NCBI GenBank assembly: GCA_964035545.1
Contig: OZ037766.1
Coordinates: 496,001-560,000 of the forward strand
Origin: Bugula neritina
Lineage: Eukaryota > Animalia > Bryozoa
DNA: 64,000 bases
Direction: 5' to 3'
This document shows, piece after piece, positions 62,301-64,000 of the stretch. The notes below the pieces were generated by a model. The model made no database searches and had not been told where the DNA came from. It saw only the letters and a program-made list of their open reading frames with translations. Position 1 is the stretch's first letter. Each line of letters begins with the position of its first letter. The position numbers were made by a program, and so were the translations under genes.

Positions 62301-63060
62301 ATAGTATATATAATAGTAAGTATACAGTATATATAATAGTAAGTATAGAGTATATATAGTAGTAAGTATAGAGTATATATAATAGTAAGTATAGAGTATA
62401 TATAATAGTAAGTATAGAGTATATATAATAGTAAGTATAGAGTATATATAATAGTAAGTATAGAGTATATATAATAGTAAGTATACAGTATATATAATAG
62501 TAAGTATACAGTATATATAGTAGTAAGTATAGAGTATATATAGTAGTAAGTATAGAGTATATATAATAGTAAGTATAGAGTATATATAACAGTAAGTATA
62601 GAGTATATATAATAGTAAGTATAGAGTATATATAGTAGTAAGTATAGAGTATATATAGTAGTGAGTATAGAGTATATATAATAGTAAGTATAGAGTATAT
62701 ATACTAGTAAGTATAGAGTATATATAGTAGTAAGTATAGAGTATATATACTAGTGAGTATACAGTATATATAGTAGTAAGTATACAGTATATATAGTAGT
62801 AAGTATAGAGTATATATACTAGTAAGTATATAGTATATATAATAGTAAGTATACAGTATATATAATAGTAAGTATAGAGTATATATAATAGTAAGTATAG
62901 AGTATATATAATAGTAAGTATAGAGTATATATAATAGTAAGTATAGAGTATATATAACAGTAAGTATAGAGTATATATAATAGTAAGTATAGAGTATATA
63001 TAGTAGTAAGTATAGAGTATATATAGTAGTAAGTATAGAGTATATATAATAGTAAGTATA
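53317..63060. repeat. ~9.7-kb satellite, 23-bp unit
   Basis: agtaagtatagagtatatata(a/g)t, roughly 420 copies; the spurious minus-strand ORF repeats every 23 aa (3 units). Confidence 0.98.
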
Positions 63061-64000
63061 AACATTATATAAAGATTAAGTAGGCATAATAAGCAGGACC
63101 ACGGCGGTGAAAGGTGACCAATAAGCATAATATAATATTCCAATTCATATAAAATTATTAAAATATTTTTGCAGTAAAATAGACCAAGGAACATGATTTT
63201 AGTTCTAACAAAAAATTATTTCAAAAGAAGCTTGAAATAAAATAAAGTTTCACACATGCATCTATCTTGCCTATTATTCTAAACGAATATTATAACGTTT
63301 ACCTATCTTGCTATGTTTAGCTATTTCTTGCTATGGATGGTACAAATATATTACTGCTGTCTATCTGGCACTAAATACTGTACCTGAGTTATGAGAAATA
63401 TTCCTATTGGAATATGCTTAGCTCTACAATATTTGAACAAACAGACTCAGTCTTGCTGTAAGTGGATGGAGTGTGACTTAAGAGAAATATGTCATAATCA
63501 TATTGTCTACTTGAGTCATAGGTGTGTTTGTTGCTAAAATTAGTTCTTTGAGTGTGATTCTTGTATAAGCAGAATATCTGCTGCTTACAAGTTGACTAAG
63601 GCTGACGTGCTGCTTTATCTGCAAGTTGTCCTTCTAGGCTGTTGGATCTTTTTGAACACATTTAAAGCTGCATGTTATTCAATTTTTGAGTCAAAATATT
63701 AGCTTAATAACTTTCTTTCAAAAATTTAATACGTAAACCCTAAAGGTTTAGAAAGCTTGTTAGAAAGTAGTTTCAGGATATGTGGTCACCTTAATATAAA
63801 CTCACATCAACACAGTATACTCTTCATTGTATCTATATATAGTATAGTATATACTAATATAACATGCAGCTGAAGATGGTACGAAGATGTCATTGTAGTT
63901 CCTTAACCCTGCAGATCTCATTGGGGTACTTCATCTCTGTAGATCTCATTGTATGCACTTTATCTCTGTAGATGTCAGTGACGAGTCTCCTCCCACCTGA

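Noticed and set aside
61251-63194. 647-aa minus-strand ORF
   Set aside because: Translation of the 23-bp satellite (I/L/Y/T repeat); no coding signal.
63860-64000. Possible exon at the window edge
   Set aside because: Short imperfect repeats (tctctgtagat) and too little sequence to assign strand or frame.

Overview
Eukaryotic (invertebrate-animal-like), AT-rich, intron-containing DNA. (1) 1-5.2 kb: two tandem, divergent Shaw/Kv3-like K+ channel genes on the minus strand, apparently nested in an intron that splits the Sec7 domain of (2) GBF1 (plus strand, last 20 coding exons, 5985-16861), many of whose introns are filled by distinct minisatellites phased to the splice sites. (3) 21.5-52.6 kb: a cluster of an uncharacterised gene family that the ORF track misses because it is split into small phase-1 exons. 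There are three plus-strand genes (A, B, C) and one truncated minus-strand paralog (D). All share a ~130-aa N-terminal domain but carry different membrane-targeting C-termini, and kappaB/bZIP/E-box motifs lie upstream. A complete type I hammerhead ribozyme lies just 3' of gene B's stop codon, with a mutated copy at the same place after gene A. (4) A young Ty3/Gypsy LTR retrotransposon (26138-34032) with a tRNA-Leu PBS, a U-UUA-AAC -1 frameshift signal and an extra C2H2 zinc-finger/coiled-coil ORF. (5) Several MITEs and foldbacks, and a ~9.7 kb 23-bp satellite with a ~4.5 kb higher-order duplication. Exon boundaries were read by eye from GT/AG signals and reading-frame continuity; no database searches were run.
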